A stretch of DNA of 64,000 bases, from the NCBI GenBank assembly GCA_977017575.1, contig CDRNVI010000041.1, positions 124,001-188,000 on the forward strand, in the 5' to 3' direction. Positions 31,672-42,737 of this stretch are shown in pieces. Position 1 is the first letter of the stretch, and every line of letters begins with the position of its first letter. The notes below the pieces were generated by a model. The model made no database searches, had not been told where the DNA came from, and saw only the letters and a list, made by a program, of their open reading frames with translations. This stretch comes from Paramoeba atlantica. Its lineage: Eukaryota; Protista; Discosea. Position numbers and translations under genes: made by a program.

Positions 31672-34357
31672 CATACCTTGGTGGTTCATGAACCAATGAA
31701 CCACTTCATGAACCACTGTTTTCATGAAATGGTTCATGAACCAGTACTAACGAGGGTGCTAACAGGAGTGATCAAGGGTTGATGGTACGGCACGGTGACA
31801 AGGGGTGAAGAGAAGGGGTGATAACAAGGAGCTCTTACTACTGCTACTAGCATATCATGGTAACGGAATGTAATAAAATATAATACATACTAACTTAAAT
31901 ATATTTTAGATTATATTTACATGTACATGTAATGCATAAGTTTATACACATATTGTATACATATTTAGTCACTAGCCCTCGATCCTGTATATTACATGTT
32001 CGCCACACTAGGGTAAACCACAGAAACCCTTAGATAAGATTGGAGGATAATTAAGAAAACAGAGCTGTGGATGTGTGCTCTAAAAATGTTTTACAGGGTT
32101 GCTAAACCCTTTCAACACACGTCGCAATGGCGACGTTGTTCTCGTCAGAAAAGAGATTTAGGGAAGTACGCAGAGGTTCCATGCGCTTTAAAAAAGCCTT
32201 CCCCTCAGACATGATTGCGTCAACTGCGCCAGGAACTTTGAGAATGTCATAGCATGAACATATGGACGCAGGAGGAATGCGTGTAGGTTTGCTAACTATG
32301 TGGGTTACAAATTTACCATTGTTGGCAATTCTGTTGATATATACTCAATACACGTGAATTTATCCGCTATCCAGCGCGTGACGCCACCAAGTTTAGGTGT
32401 CGTACGTACGCGTTCACGCTTAGCTTCCTCAAGTTCCATTCGCAAACTCGGAAGCGCTTTACAAAGCGTATCATGCTTTTCTTCCATGCTGGAATTTATC
32501 GAAAGTTCATCTTGCAATTTTTGTGCCATGGGGATAACTCTGGAGAAGTTAGGGCATTCCGCAAGGTCGCGAGTGCTTGTTCCTTTGAAGCCTCATCCAA
32601 TTGCTTTGATCCAAGCATTCCATACCACTGGAACAAGGTTTCTTCGGCGGACTGCGAAGTTTCGTCAAACTCAGTAAGTCGAACTTCAAGAGCAACACCA
32701 GCATACTCCGCTCGTCGAGTTCCTTGGCCATGAAATGCTTGAGTGTAGTACTTTCGTAGCTGGAAAAGAGGAGTATCTTCATAATCCTTGGATGCGTCTT
32801 TCGCAACGTTGTTGAGAAGATGCCCAATGCACGGAATTAGGACAATGTGGGGATGTGAAGCCTGGAAATTTGTCACAAAGTCATTCCAATCCGCATCTCC
32901 AAGAGGAACAATGCTCTCAAATACTTTTAGCAATACACCACTCGCTTCATTCCTAGCTACATGGTTCACTGCGCATCCATCGACTATGAGATACGCCAGT
33001 TTGGATAGACGAGCTCCTTCCAAACAGTGTTGCAATTCACGTATAACAATTTCGGCGGTATCCTTACCACTGAAAGCGCCATACTTCGGGTGATACATCG
33101 GTGGCATTAGCCATTGATGATGTCCCACATAGAGAACCGCTACAAGAACATGTTCGCGGAGTACAGGGTCGATGCCTGCATCAATTGCTAGACCAAAAAA
33201 TGCATACTCGTCAACAGTACGTCTAATTGGTCCCCAGAGTCGTTCCGCTAGGTATTGCATGTCTGCTTTGAGCACACGGGCGTCTTTCGGAAGAACTTGA
33301 ATAGCTGTCTCGGTGGACATAAGGGGTCGGTGCTGCTCATGTGTTTTGATAAATTTCAAGAACGAAGATACGGGGAAGGAAGTAGTTGAGAAAGGCAGAG
33401 GAAGTACCACATGTGCAAATCTTTCCGGTGTCCCCGAATTAGTGTCCACGGTCCCAATGTTATTCTCGAGAAGAGCAGGTGGTGTTGGACGACACCACTT
33501 TTGATGATTGCTCAAAGGGGACTGGACTTTTGTGTGCGTTACAATTTTGCATGTTTTACACTGCAGGTGCACATGCTGGTTCATGCTGTCTCGGGGGGTG
33601 TTCTCACAAGTTTCATTTTTCCGAAGCCAGTTGGCACATTCGGTATTGGATGTTTTACATAGCACAATATCCCATTGTGCTATGACACTAGGACTCGACA
33701 GGAGGCTAATCGCTTTGCGCACCCGGATTGGAGTGCGCGAGTCCTGCGTGTTACGAGCTTTTGCATGGGCTTGAGCTTGTGTGGGGGAGCTTCTTAAGGC
33801 TTCTTCCAACACGACCGTAGCATCGCGTCTCGCCTTTCGCGATGTTAGATCTGGAGGAATGGTGTTCGCTGATGAAATCTCATTTGGCGCAGTGTTGGAG
33901 TTGTTTTCAGAAGGCTGATTTGGATCAACGTCCTCAGTTGTTCGACGTTTCGATGTACGTGCCTTTGATTTATGTGCCATAGGAATATGTATCACGTAAA
34001 TGGGGGCGAAATGTACGTACAGCGTGTAGCAAGGCACACATAATCCCTCACACTCCTATATAAGTATATCAAATATTGAAGAAAACCAAAACAGATTCCA
34101 AAAAAAGTCATATTTTTCAAGCCATAAAAAGTGCTTATTTTGTTAAGTTCGAAAAAAAAGCTTACTTTTGAGAAATGACCCCATCTTTGGCACAAGCTCG
34201 CCGATATCTCTCCAATGCTATAAAAATAAACAAGAACGCACAAAAATGACACATTTTAGAGAAAGGACACGGTATGTTGAAAACCACTGTACAAAGGTTT
34301 GATGCTGGTTCATGGTTCATGAACCAGTTTCATTGGTTCATGAACCACCAAGGTATG
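31672..34357 (-). mobile_element. hAT-like DNA transposon, 2686 bp, perfect 29-bp TIRs, decayed transposase (ATG 33980)
   Basis: TIR CATACCTTGGTGGTTCATGAACCAATGAA at both ends; GACAGA duplicated; FFGLAIDAGID, LIVDGCAVN, PCIGHLLNNVAKD and frameshifted GVTRW. Confidence 0.88.
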
Positions 34358-35460
34358 GACAGAGTGAATGAGCAGATTTACACCCTATGAAACTCATCAG
34401 TCCTTTTAATTGAGATATAGCCGCGGGGTCCATCATTTTATTCGTAGTTAGAGTAATTGATGCATTGAAGTCCCCTACAACCAGTAAAGGGCGCTGTTTT
34501 GCTTTCGCTTCACCTCCTTGACACGATCGAACCACGTCACCAAGAAACGCCGCATGTGATGCTTCAGAGGAGTCTCGCGTAGGAGCATAGACATTTACCA
34601 AGCTGCCTTTTCCCTCTTCCAGCTGGTATTCAGCACCCATAACCCTCCCACTTATTTTCCACACCTTCGCGAGCGCCCGTAAACTAATAATGCCCATTCC
34701 GTTGTAAGAATCTTGACCTGTGGCAGACTGCAGATAAATGTGAAAACAGTGCCCTAGGCTGCCAACCTGCCTGTAGAGTGAGCCATCCTCGAGGCCGTCC
34801 TCAGAAAATTTAAACCTCGTCTCCTGAAGGCACAAGATATCGATCCCTTTTTCTATCATAAAGGAGAGAACCTGGCAAAGCCGTGAACAGCAAAGAATAG
34901 AAAATTCATCACCCCCCTCAAGTTTTAAGCTCGTCACGTTTAGAGTGCCAACCGTAGTACTCTTCTTCACAGCGGAACATTGAATGTTCACCGATTCGCG
35001 TTGGGCATGCATGCCACGCAATGCCCGAGGTTTAGCACGGTGACACACGATCTTTCGGACCACTTTAGCAGGGTTACTGACTTGAACTGCACAGAGAACT
35101 ACACCTGTAGAAGGATAGGGGGGGAAAGGAAGGGTTGTGTTCGTACGCTCCTCGTACCGAACGCGAAGCACACAAGACCACGATTCGTTCCTGAACAATG
35201 ACACGTGCACCTCTTCAACTCTCCCCGTCCAAAGATAAAATCTCGAACAAGTTTCATATCTCCACACAACCCGAAGCACAGCCCCAACCTTGGCAATCTT
35301 ACAAATCGCACGCACCGCCCTCTGGCGAAGTTTCGCAAGTCCCTCCCGTACTGGCGGACGAAAGATGACTCCCCGAACACGCTTGGTTCGGTAAAGGATT
35401 TCAACGGCCTCTGTCCCCTTCACCGCGCCGGAAGCATTCGCCATCTTTTTATAAAAGATT

Positions 35461-35547
35461 TATAAAAAGTATGTTCTTTATAAAAAGTGTGTTCTTTATT
35501 AAAAGTCTGTTCTTTATAAAAAGTGTGTTCTTTATAAAAAGTGTGTT
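35461..35547. repeat. Five-unit 18-bp tandem repeat (TATAAAAAGTGTGTTCTT) forming the 5' leader of the APE element
   Basis: Direct reading; ends ~17 bp upstream of ATG 35444. Confidence 0.9.
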
Positions 35548-35549
35548 GC

Positions 35550-36300
35550 CCTCCGGAAGCAAGTTCCGAAATGTTTGGGACCAATGCACTGGAAGTTCGA
35601 TCGGGAACGATTTCCATGAAAAGTTGGGATAACTATTTGACGTGGTAGGAGCTATTGTCTGCGTGACCTCCGTCCCACCCTTACGCACACGTCTTGCACC
35701 ATGCCGTCCGCGGTGTCATTTTCGTACGGAAAAGAATGTCTCATCACATTGCATTGTTGAAATGGAAGAACGGTTCCTGGCACGTCGGCGAACATGAGCT
35801 GTAGCAATAAGGGAATCAAACCAGCGTCGTAATGATACGATAGTTTGCTGGCTCAATTCCACTTCCGCTCCTGCATCCTTATGGCGTCCACCGCGAACAT
35901 ACAGGGGTGAAAACTTCCATCTGGGGGGGTCTAAATTTCTAAAATATAGAATGAGATATTTTATCACTTGTTTCGCACTTCTGTGGGCTCTACCTGGTAC
36001 CAGTGGGCCTAGTGCAGCGTACCTTCCGTTGCACTTTTTAGTGCACCACCACTTTGACCAATACGCTTCGTGCTGTGAGGTGTTTTGTGGATTTTCCTGT
36101 AACACACGACTTTTTGAGCGACTAGTTTGTGACTTTCTAGCCACTGCACACAATCCTCCTCAGTCCACAGAGAAACTTTGCTCAAAGTGAGCTCTTTATG
36201 GCAGGAAAACCGAGCACACCCCCCACAGGGCATTAGAAAATACCGAAAATACTTAAGCGAAGCAAGATATCTTATAAAAAGGTGATTAATGGGGCAATTT
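35550..36300 (-). mobile_element. Degenerate Merlin transposase copy containing a solo MITE TIR at 35902-35943
   Basis: CGGC.RFSC..ELT, KWWCTKKC.G..LGPLVPG, MQCDETFFSVRK, IVPDRTSSAL parallel the 39.1-40.4 kb copy. Confidence 0.8.
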
Positions 36301-36417
36301 TATTTTTACGGAAATCGGAAATAAAAAAGGCCAAATTTGCATTAATTTCACCCAACTTTCGGAAGAGTATTTTCCCTTGTTGCGCTCCAGGAGCGAACGT
36401 ACAAGAATGTGCTTCCT

Positions 36418-36840
36418 TTATCGCAAATATGGAGAATTTGTACTATCGATTAGAATCTGGGGGCGCCGAGTCATATAGCCTGAGTCCGCCGTCATTACCA
36501 TATGCTGAATCCTGCATTTTTGAACATTAAGCCGCATTCCTACCGAAGAAAGTGTTTCCACCAGAACATTGGTTGCGTTTTGCATTTCCTTCGGAATGTT
36601 TGTGATAATGGTAAGATCATCGGCAAAGGCTTTGAGAATCGTCTCGCTGTCGTTCCAAGTAATACCATATTTGGGACAGCTAGACCGGACGAAACGCAGC
36701 ACCGGTTCCATTGAGAGGTGAAATAGCATTCGGGAAAGTGTATCTCCCTGGAGTACCTCTCTTCCACATTCAATAGGCTTGGATAGTCCGTCATTATACA
36801 CGTATTTAAATAGACGCTTTTTCGTAGAGATTTTCGACAT
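36418..36840 (-). mobile_element. Reverse transcriptase fragment of a sister subfamily of the 52-58 kb RLE element
   Basis: VLQGDTLS, KAFADDLT, LNVQKCR, GYMTRRPQIL align to the large element. Confidence 0.88.
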
Positions 36841-37266
36841 ATTGGATAAATTGGATATACAAGGTATTGGACCAAGCTAATTTGTGCATGATAATTTGAT
36901 GGATCTTAAAAGATCGCACATAGATCTCGACAGAAAACTTTTCAGTTATTTAAAATAATCATTTTTCGAAGAAAGAGATTTAGAGAATCGAAATAAAATC
37001 ACTTTTCTGGTCACTAAATGTACGTTGCTAAATGATTCAAAATAGATTGACCTACATGTAGATCTCTATGGATTAGTTTCATTACTTCTCAATGCAGGTA
37101 TAGATATTACGTCACTTATCCTCATCATTTAAAGAAAACAAATAAATCATCTAGCAGGCTAAGGGACGGTACGCGCGATACCTTTCGTAGTCCTATTACA
37201 ACACGCTTTACCATTGTTAGCTTCAAATTCAAAGAACCTGCTTACATAGATACTTTCTTTTACAAA

Positions 37267-38619
37267 ATGGGTAAAGAAAAGATTCACATTAACCTGGTTG
37301 TCATCGGTCACGTCGACGCAGGAAAGTCTACTGCCACAGGCCACCTCATCTACAAATGCGGCGGTATCGACAAGCGAACGATTGAGAAGTTTGAAAAAGA
37401 AGCAGCAGAAATGGGTAAAGCATCATTTAAGTACGCCTGGGTTCTGGACAAGCTTAAGGCGGAACGCGAACGTGGTATTACGATCGATATTGCTTTGTGG
37501 AAATTCGAATCCCCGAAATGCGTTTTCACGATCATCGACGCCCCTGGACATCGTGACTTCATTAAAAACATGATTACGGGAACTTCCCAGGCCGATGCCG
37601 CTATTCTCGTCATCGCTTCCGGTACGGGTGAGTTCGAAGCTGGCATCAGCGGTGATGGTCAAACACGCGAGCACGCCCTCCTCGCATTCACGCTGGGTGT
37701 AAAGCAAATGATTGTAGCTGTGAACAAGATGGATGACAAGTCAGTGAACTACTCCCAGAGCCGCTTTGATGAGATCAAGAAGGAAGTATCCATGTACCTC
37801 AAGAAAGTTGGATACAACGTGGATAAGGTACAGTTCGTGCCTATTTCCGGGTGGATGGGCGACAACATGATTGAACAGTCCGCCAACATGTCGTGGTACA
37901 AAGGGCCAACTTTACTTCAAGCGCTCGACAACCTTGACGCCCCGGTCCGTCCCGTCGACAAACCCCTGCGTCTCCCTCTTCAGGACGTGTACAAGATCGG
38001 CGGCATTGGTACGGTGCCGGTAGGCCGTGTGGAGACGGGTGTGCTACGCCCAGGTGACGTTGTCACGTTTGCTCCGACGAACCTGACCACGGAGGTGAAG
38101 TCCATTGAAATGCACCACGAGGCGCTTCCGGAGGCTACCCCAGGCATGAACATTGGGTTCAACGTGAAAAATGTATCTGTAAAGGATATTCGCCGAGGAT
38201 ACGTGTGCGGTAACTCTAAACAGGACCCACCGAAGGAATGCGAGTCGTTTGTTGCCCAGGTCATTGTGCTCAATCACCCGGGTCAGATCTCCCAAGGCTA
38301 TGCTCCCGTGCTGGACTGCCACACGGCTCACATTGCGTGCAAGTTCTCCGAATTGGAGTCCAAGATCGATCGCCGCTCGGGTAAGGAGCTAGAAAAGAAT
38401 CCGAAGAGCGTGAAGAACGGTGACGCGGCTATGGTCCGAATGACACCGCAGAAGCCGATGTGCGTGGAGACGTTCACGGAGTACCCACCCCTCGGCCGTT
38501 TCGCTGTCCGGGATATGCGACAAACGGTGGCAGTGGGTGTGATCAAGCAGGTTCAGAAGAAAGAGCCCTCTGGCGGAAAGGTGACAAAGGCGGCGCAGAA
38601 GGCGCAAGGAAAGAAGTAA
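37267..38619 (+). CDS. TEF1: Translation elongation factor 1-alpha, copy 3
   Basis: Full 450-aa ORF. Confidence 0.99.
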   Translation: MGKEKIHINLVVIGHVDAGKSTATGHLIYKCGGIDKRTIEKFEKEAAEMGKASFKYAWVLDKLKAERERGITIDIALWKFESPKCVFTIIDAPGHRDFIKNMITGTSQADAAILVIASGTGEFEAGISGDGQTREHALLAFTLGVKQMIVAVNKMDDKSVNYSQSRFDEIKKEVSMYLKKVGYNVDKVQFVPISGWMGDNMIEQSANMSWYKGPTLLQALDNLDAPVRPVDKPLRLPLQDVYKIGGIGTVPVGRVETGVLRPGDVVTFAPTNLTTEVKSIEMHHEALPEATPGMNIGFNVKNVSVKDIRRGYVCGNSKQDPPKECESFVAQVIVLNHPGQISQGYAPVLDCHTAHIACKFSELESKIDRRSGKELEKNPKSVKNGDAAMVRMTPQKPMCVETFTEYPPLGRFAVRDMRQTVAVGVIKQVQKKEPSGGKVTKAAQKAQGKK

Positions 38620-38977
38620 GTCTTTTTCGTGTCTTGTGTTAGTGGTATTTATCGGGACACGTAATATGGGCGAAGAAGCACGTTATTATTTGGAAGATTA
38701 GTTTCGTGATAGTTGTAGAATCAAGAGACATTGAAAAGTTATTTCTGAAAGAAGCCAAACTTTTTATTCCAATTTTTTGTCAAGGAAATGAAGTACGCAT
38801 TATAAAAAAATATCACTTAGATGATTGCTTATTTTTGACATGTCAGAATTATAACCGGAAATATTTTTTAGGCCGAAATTCTTTCTCTTATAATTCGCGT
38901 AGTACGACTATAAAAGGTGTTAAAAATGCGAGAAAATATCCTTACTGCATATTTTATTGTTTTGTTTTCTTATTTCA

Positions 38978-39026
38978 ATGTTTATCTTGGCGCCCGATAG
39001 TGGATCCTACCAAGGATCCAACAAAG
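38978..39026 (+). pseudogene. LRR gene copy 3, truncated after ~16 codons
   Basis: Similarity to copy 1 stops at GATCCAACAAAGT. Confidence 0.75.
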
Positions 39027-39149
39027 TTTGAATCATTGGGTATCTCTTGGTTGAGGTTGCCACGCTCAACATCTCTCCGAACGTAATACCGACGCTTCTT
39101 CATCGACTGTTTTTTCTTTGATTCTGCTTGCACAGACAACTACCCTCGG

Positions 39150-40384
39150 GGGTAAATTGAATGAGAATTCGCTTTTTTTCTATTTTTCAATAATTTCGTC
39201 TATTTATGCAGGGAAAAAGGTCCTTCGTACAATTATTTTGCCACACCTCTCTTTACACGTGCTTTTCCGACTTTCTCACTCACACCTCTTTGTATACCTA
39301 ATATACATTGTATGTATTAAATATCAATAACTTCACAGAAATACCGAAGATTTTTCAGCATACAAAGTAAAGCGTCGTTACCATTTATCTTCAACTTTCC
39401 ATTGCTTTTCTCAGCTAAAGCTCGTACCCGGCTGCCGCGCTTTTCATCCCCCCGACCGAGTACACCCCCTTCACGCTTGAGCGTCTTCTTGACAAGTGAA
39501 TTAGCCGACTCAATTGTGTTTGTATGAACGCCTTCTTGGGTTACCAACTCGCGTCGGTGAACCACCTTTTCCCACTTGTATCTACCTTGCAGTTGCAGAT
39601 TATGACGAGCGGAATCAGTCCAGATCCTAGCTGTCGATCCCGCAGCCAGAGCGATGTTTGAAATAAGTGACGATGTGCTTCGATCGGGGACAACGTCCAT
39701 AAATATTTCAGAGATTTTATTTTGTCTTGTCGTTTCAACTATAGTTTGAGCGACTTGCGGCCCTTCACGTCTGACACGTCGAGTACGATTGTTGCCTCCC
39801 CGCTTCCTCGTTGAGAAGAACGTTTCATCGCACTGCATGGAGGTCCATGTTCCATGGCGACGAATTATTCGAAGTACGTGTATCGTCCCGATCATAGAAT
39901 CCAACGCTTGGCGCAGACCATGGTCGTCACACTTAAGCCCGTCTCCTCCGCTGATACCGCATGTGGCTCGCCACGGGAGTACAAAATAATGAATTTCAGC
40001 ACTTGCTTTGCAGTGCGTTTTGCATTCCTGGAACCAGGGGCCCAAGAATGTCATACACCCCTTTGCACTTTTTGGTACACCGCCACTTCTCGTCGCTCAA
40101 TCGCATTTCCAATGGAGAGGAGTGACCGCGCTTGTTGCATATCACCTTCCTTGCAACAAGATCATGGCATTTTAACCAGTGTTGACATTGAGCCTCTGAC
40201 CACTTTACTACCTTACTAATAGTTAGCTTCCGACGGCACGTGAATCCACGACACCCCTGACACACCATGTAAGGAATTCAGAAAAATGTAAAATCTTTTC
40301 TAAAAAGTACATGGATAATTTCCCCCGCTTTTCTCAATATTTATTACCAAATTTTTGGAAAGCGAATTCTCGTTCAATTTCCCC
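39150..40384 (-). mobile_element. Merlin (IS1016-like) DNA transposon, 1235 bp, frameshifted transposase
   Basis: TIRs GGGTAAATTGAATGAGAATTCGCTTT / GGGGAAATTGAACGAGAATTCGCTTT; 8-bp TSD ACCCTCGG at 39142 and 40385; CDETFF, VPDRS, IWTD, GVHTNTIES. Confidence 0.92.
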
Positions 40385-40392
40385 ACCCTCGG

Positions 40393-40620
40393 ATCTTTGG
40401 GGGGAAAAGGAAATTGCATCCCGGGGGTATGATCGTAACATACCCACCATCCGCCACCCCGTTTGTGCTTCACAACAGTGCCCCTCCATAGAAACAAAGG
40501 TTTGTCATAACTCATTGTCCAAACAACTGTAATGCGTGAGTTTAGCCGACACAAATCAGCCATCGAGTCCAATGCTTTCTGGCGAAGTTTGGTAGCAACT
40601 CGCTCATCCGATTCCTCATG
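40393..40620 (-). mobile_element. Fragment of a W-x-G-x-V...Y...PFPP domain ORF (Merlin target; continues at 39141-39030)
   Basis: ITVVW..FLWRGTVV..WVCYD..QFPFPPKDPRV|VVCAS resembles the N-terminus of the APE ORF. Confidence 0.55.
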
Positions 40621-40749
40621 AGGAGGAATGAACAAGTTGCTCCGACCCAACCTGGCGCAATTCAATTTCTGCAAGATTGCATCAAACCCAATTGAACCGG
40701 AGGTCTTCGATCTTTTTAAGGCATTTGCCGAGTGCTCACGTCCGGACAT

Positions 40750-41100
40750 TCCGCAGTAATTGCTTTAATAAAAAGAAGGATCTTAATAGAAAGAAGGGTC
40801 CACCACAAGAGCTGTCGCAGGTTGCGAACCTCCAAGTATGGAAGCTTGATCGTGCATGATCTCTTCAAATACTTGACGGTTCATCCAACCAGTAGAAGTG
40901 ACGTACACCGTCAAAGCGTTGTCGAGCGTCCGAGTAACATGATGTCGAGCGTCTCGCAGTATGCGGGACTTCATCTTCTGCACTGGATTTGAACAGTACC
41001 GTAGGAGGAAGGGGAAGGGCTTTTCTGTTGTGAATGTCTCCATGAGTGTTGCAAGCTGTATTTACCCACGCCTTCTCAGTCTCTTAACCAGGTAACTACC
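40750..41100 (-). mobile_element. pogo/Tigger-like (DDE_1) transposase remnant
   Basis: VNTACNTHGD..LPLPPTVLFK and, in another frame, VYVTSTGWMNRQVFEEIM..ALVVD. Confidence 0.55.
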
Positions 41101-41294
41101 GACTGTTTACCACGCGCAGTTGAGACGTTTATGAAGTCAGACAACTCTGGATGTCGCTCTTGTGACCCCCCGCCGAACTTCGAAGAGGAAGAGCGGAGGA
41201 CTTTGCTCCGGCTCCACTGGATCAAAGAAAACTTTGTTGAAGTCTGTATGGCGGACGTCAGACAGACAGATATATCAGACTTTCGAAAACTTGT

Positions 41295-41389
41295 TCACTT
41301 TCGAAATGGGTTCAGTGGGTTCAAAAATGGGTTCAATGAACCCGATGAACCACTGAACCACCTGGTGGTTCAGTGAACCACTACGTATG
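41295..41389. repeat. Solo terminus related to the hAT-like element
   Basis: Reverse complement reads CATACGTAGTGGTTCACTGAACC followed by multiple GGTTCA/TGAACC motifs. Confidence 0.65.
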
Positions 41390-41829
41390 ACGTAAAGTAC
41401 TATAATCATTATGTGTTCAGCTTTTACACGGTCAATACCCGTGTCTACGACCAATCCAACATAGGAATACGTGTCGATGTCAGAGCACAATATTTTCCAT
41501 AATTCGTCCGCAAGTCTAGCGTTAAGTGCGTGAGTTTAATGAAGAGCTTTGGGGCGTGCCAGCAAAAGAATTTCTGATGAAACGGGAGGTCGCATACTTT
41601 CATAGATATTTAAAAACCATACATATTTACTGAAGGGTTGTCATCGCGTATAAGCTCGGTAAAACCTTTGTACTAAAATGCTTAACTTTATCCGTGTACG
41701 TTGCATGGTCACAGAGATCAGAACTTCGCTCAAAAGAAATTTTATCAAGATAGCACGACGATGCCTCGGATAATAATTTTGTACTTATTACGGGTATGTG
41801 GTTATTACTTATACGGGTATGTGGTTTAC

Positions 41830-42610
41830 AAGTTTTTCTCTGCAATCTGATGCGCACTTTTTATCTTCCGCAAGTAAAGAGTCAATCGCCCGGGTCGATG
41901 TATTGAGCTTTCCCCGTGCTCCTACCTCAAATACGAGTAGATACGTTTACGGATTGATTAACCTCTGTTGGATATGATATTCATGCAGTTTAACTGCAGA
42001 GATTGCTACCCAGAAGATGCATGACTACCACGCAATCCTCGCACAAAACCAGTTTCTCTTAGGTTTTTAAAAAAGTTCAAGAGCACACGCCCTTACTTCA
42101 CTGCTCACTGTTGCGAATATCAAAAAATTTAAAACTCCCACTAAGGGCTCTTCTTACCATATGCTGCCGACGTCGCGAGGCGGTGGCCTTGTTTCCACCA
42201 AACAGGTAGTTCAGTGCTCGAGTTGAGCTGTTGAGCTTTCCCCTGGCGCCTACTTCAAAGCCCAGGAGAAATGTGGCTGGATTCGACATTTTCCTTTGTA
42301 TGTCCATGCTTCTGCATCTTCTGTTCGTGTGAGGAGATGAAGTTTTCCTCCCACGGAGATGACAGTTCAAGTATGAGCTCAGAACCGTTCTTAAGTTTGA
42401 TCCATCCATCAGGTCGGAGGGACGTTTCTTGCCCGCTCAGCCAGGTTGGCGAATTCTGATAGTGAGGGAGGTCAAAGTGACACTGCGGTTTCGGGGGATT
42501 GTCGTGCTCAGGTGTGAACTGTCTGCAAGGGTGTGCAGGATGAGGTTATGACGGAAGGTATACCGCCCCTACTGCAGAGCCTGTGATAACGTGGCGCACA
42601 GTTTGTACAT
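41830..42610 (-). mobile_element. Two adjacent degenerate RLE-domain remnants of the HERO/NeSL-like group
   Basis: GRYTFRHNLIL, LRPDGWIKL..LELSSPWEE, FEVGARGKLN (42110-42600); second FEVGARGKLNTSTRA at ~41880-41950. Confidence 0.78.
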
Positions 42611-42737
42611 TCTTTTCAAATGGGGAACTTAAGGTTCGAGTGGGAACTGAGGCTCCAGCGGAGATTAGCTTCCATCGGGTATTACAGAATACAGTGCATT
42701 GATTGTAAAACCAACATCACTGATGAATTAACACATA

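Larger units (their letters stand above)
31300..35550 (-). mobile_element. APE-endonuclease non-LTR retrotransposon (Ingi/L1Tc-like) 5' portion, split by the hAT-like element
   Basis: GTLNV, ILCLQETR, VNVYAPT, VVGDFNA in 34338-35444; removing 31672-34357 continues the frame (HSLCPSRRKWT) and QLDDIL..PIPTTH follows at ~31450-31530; no RT seen. Confidence 0.82.

Noticed and set aside
31672-31745. GGTTCATGAACC repeats as a CRISPR or REP-type array
   Set aside because: Explained as subterminal repeats inside perfect TIRs
35461-35547. CRISPR-like array
   Set aside because: Contiguous tandem units without unique spacers; eukaryotic context; no cas genes
39317-40054. Bacterial IS1595/IS1016 insertion or bacterial contig
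   Set aside because: Eukaryotic gene set on the same strand; best explained as eukaryotic Merlin
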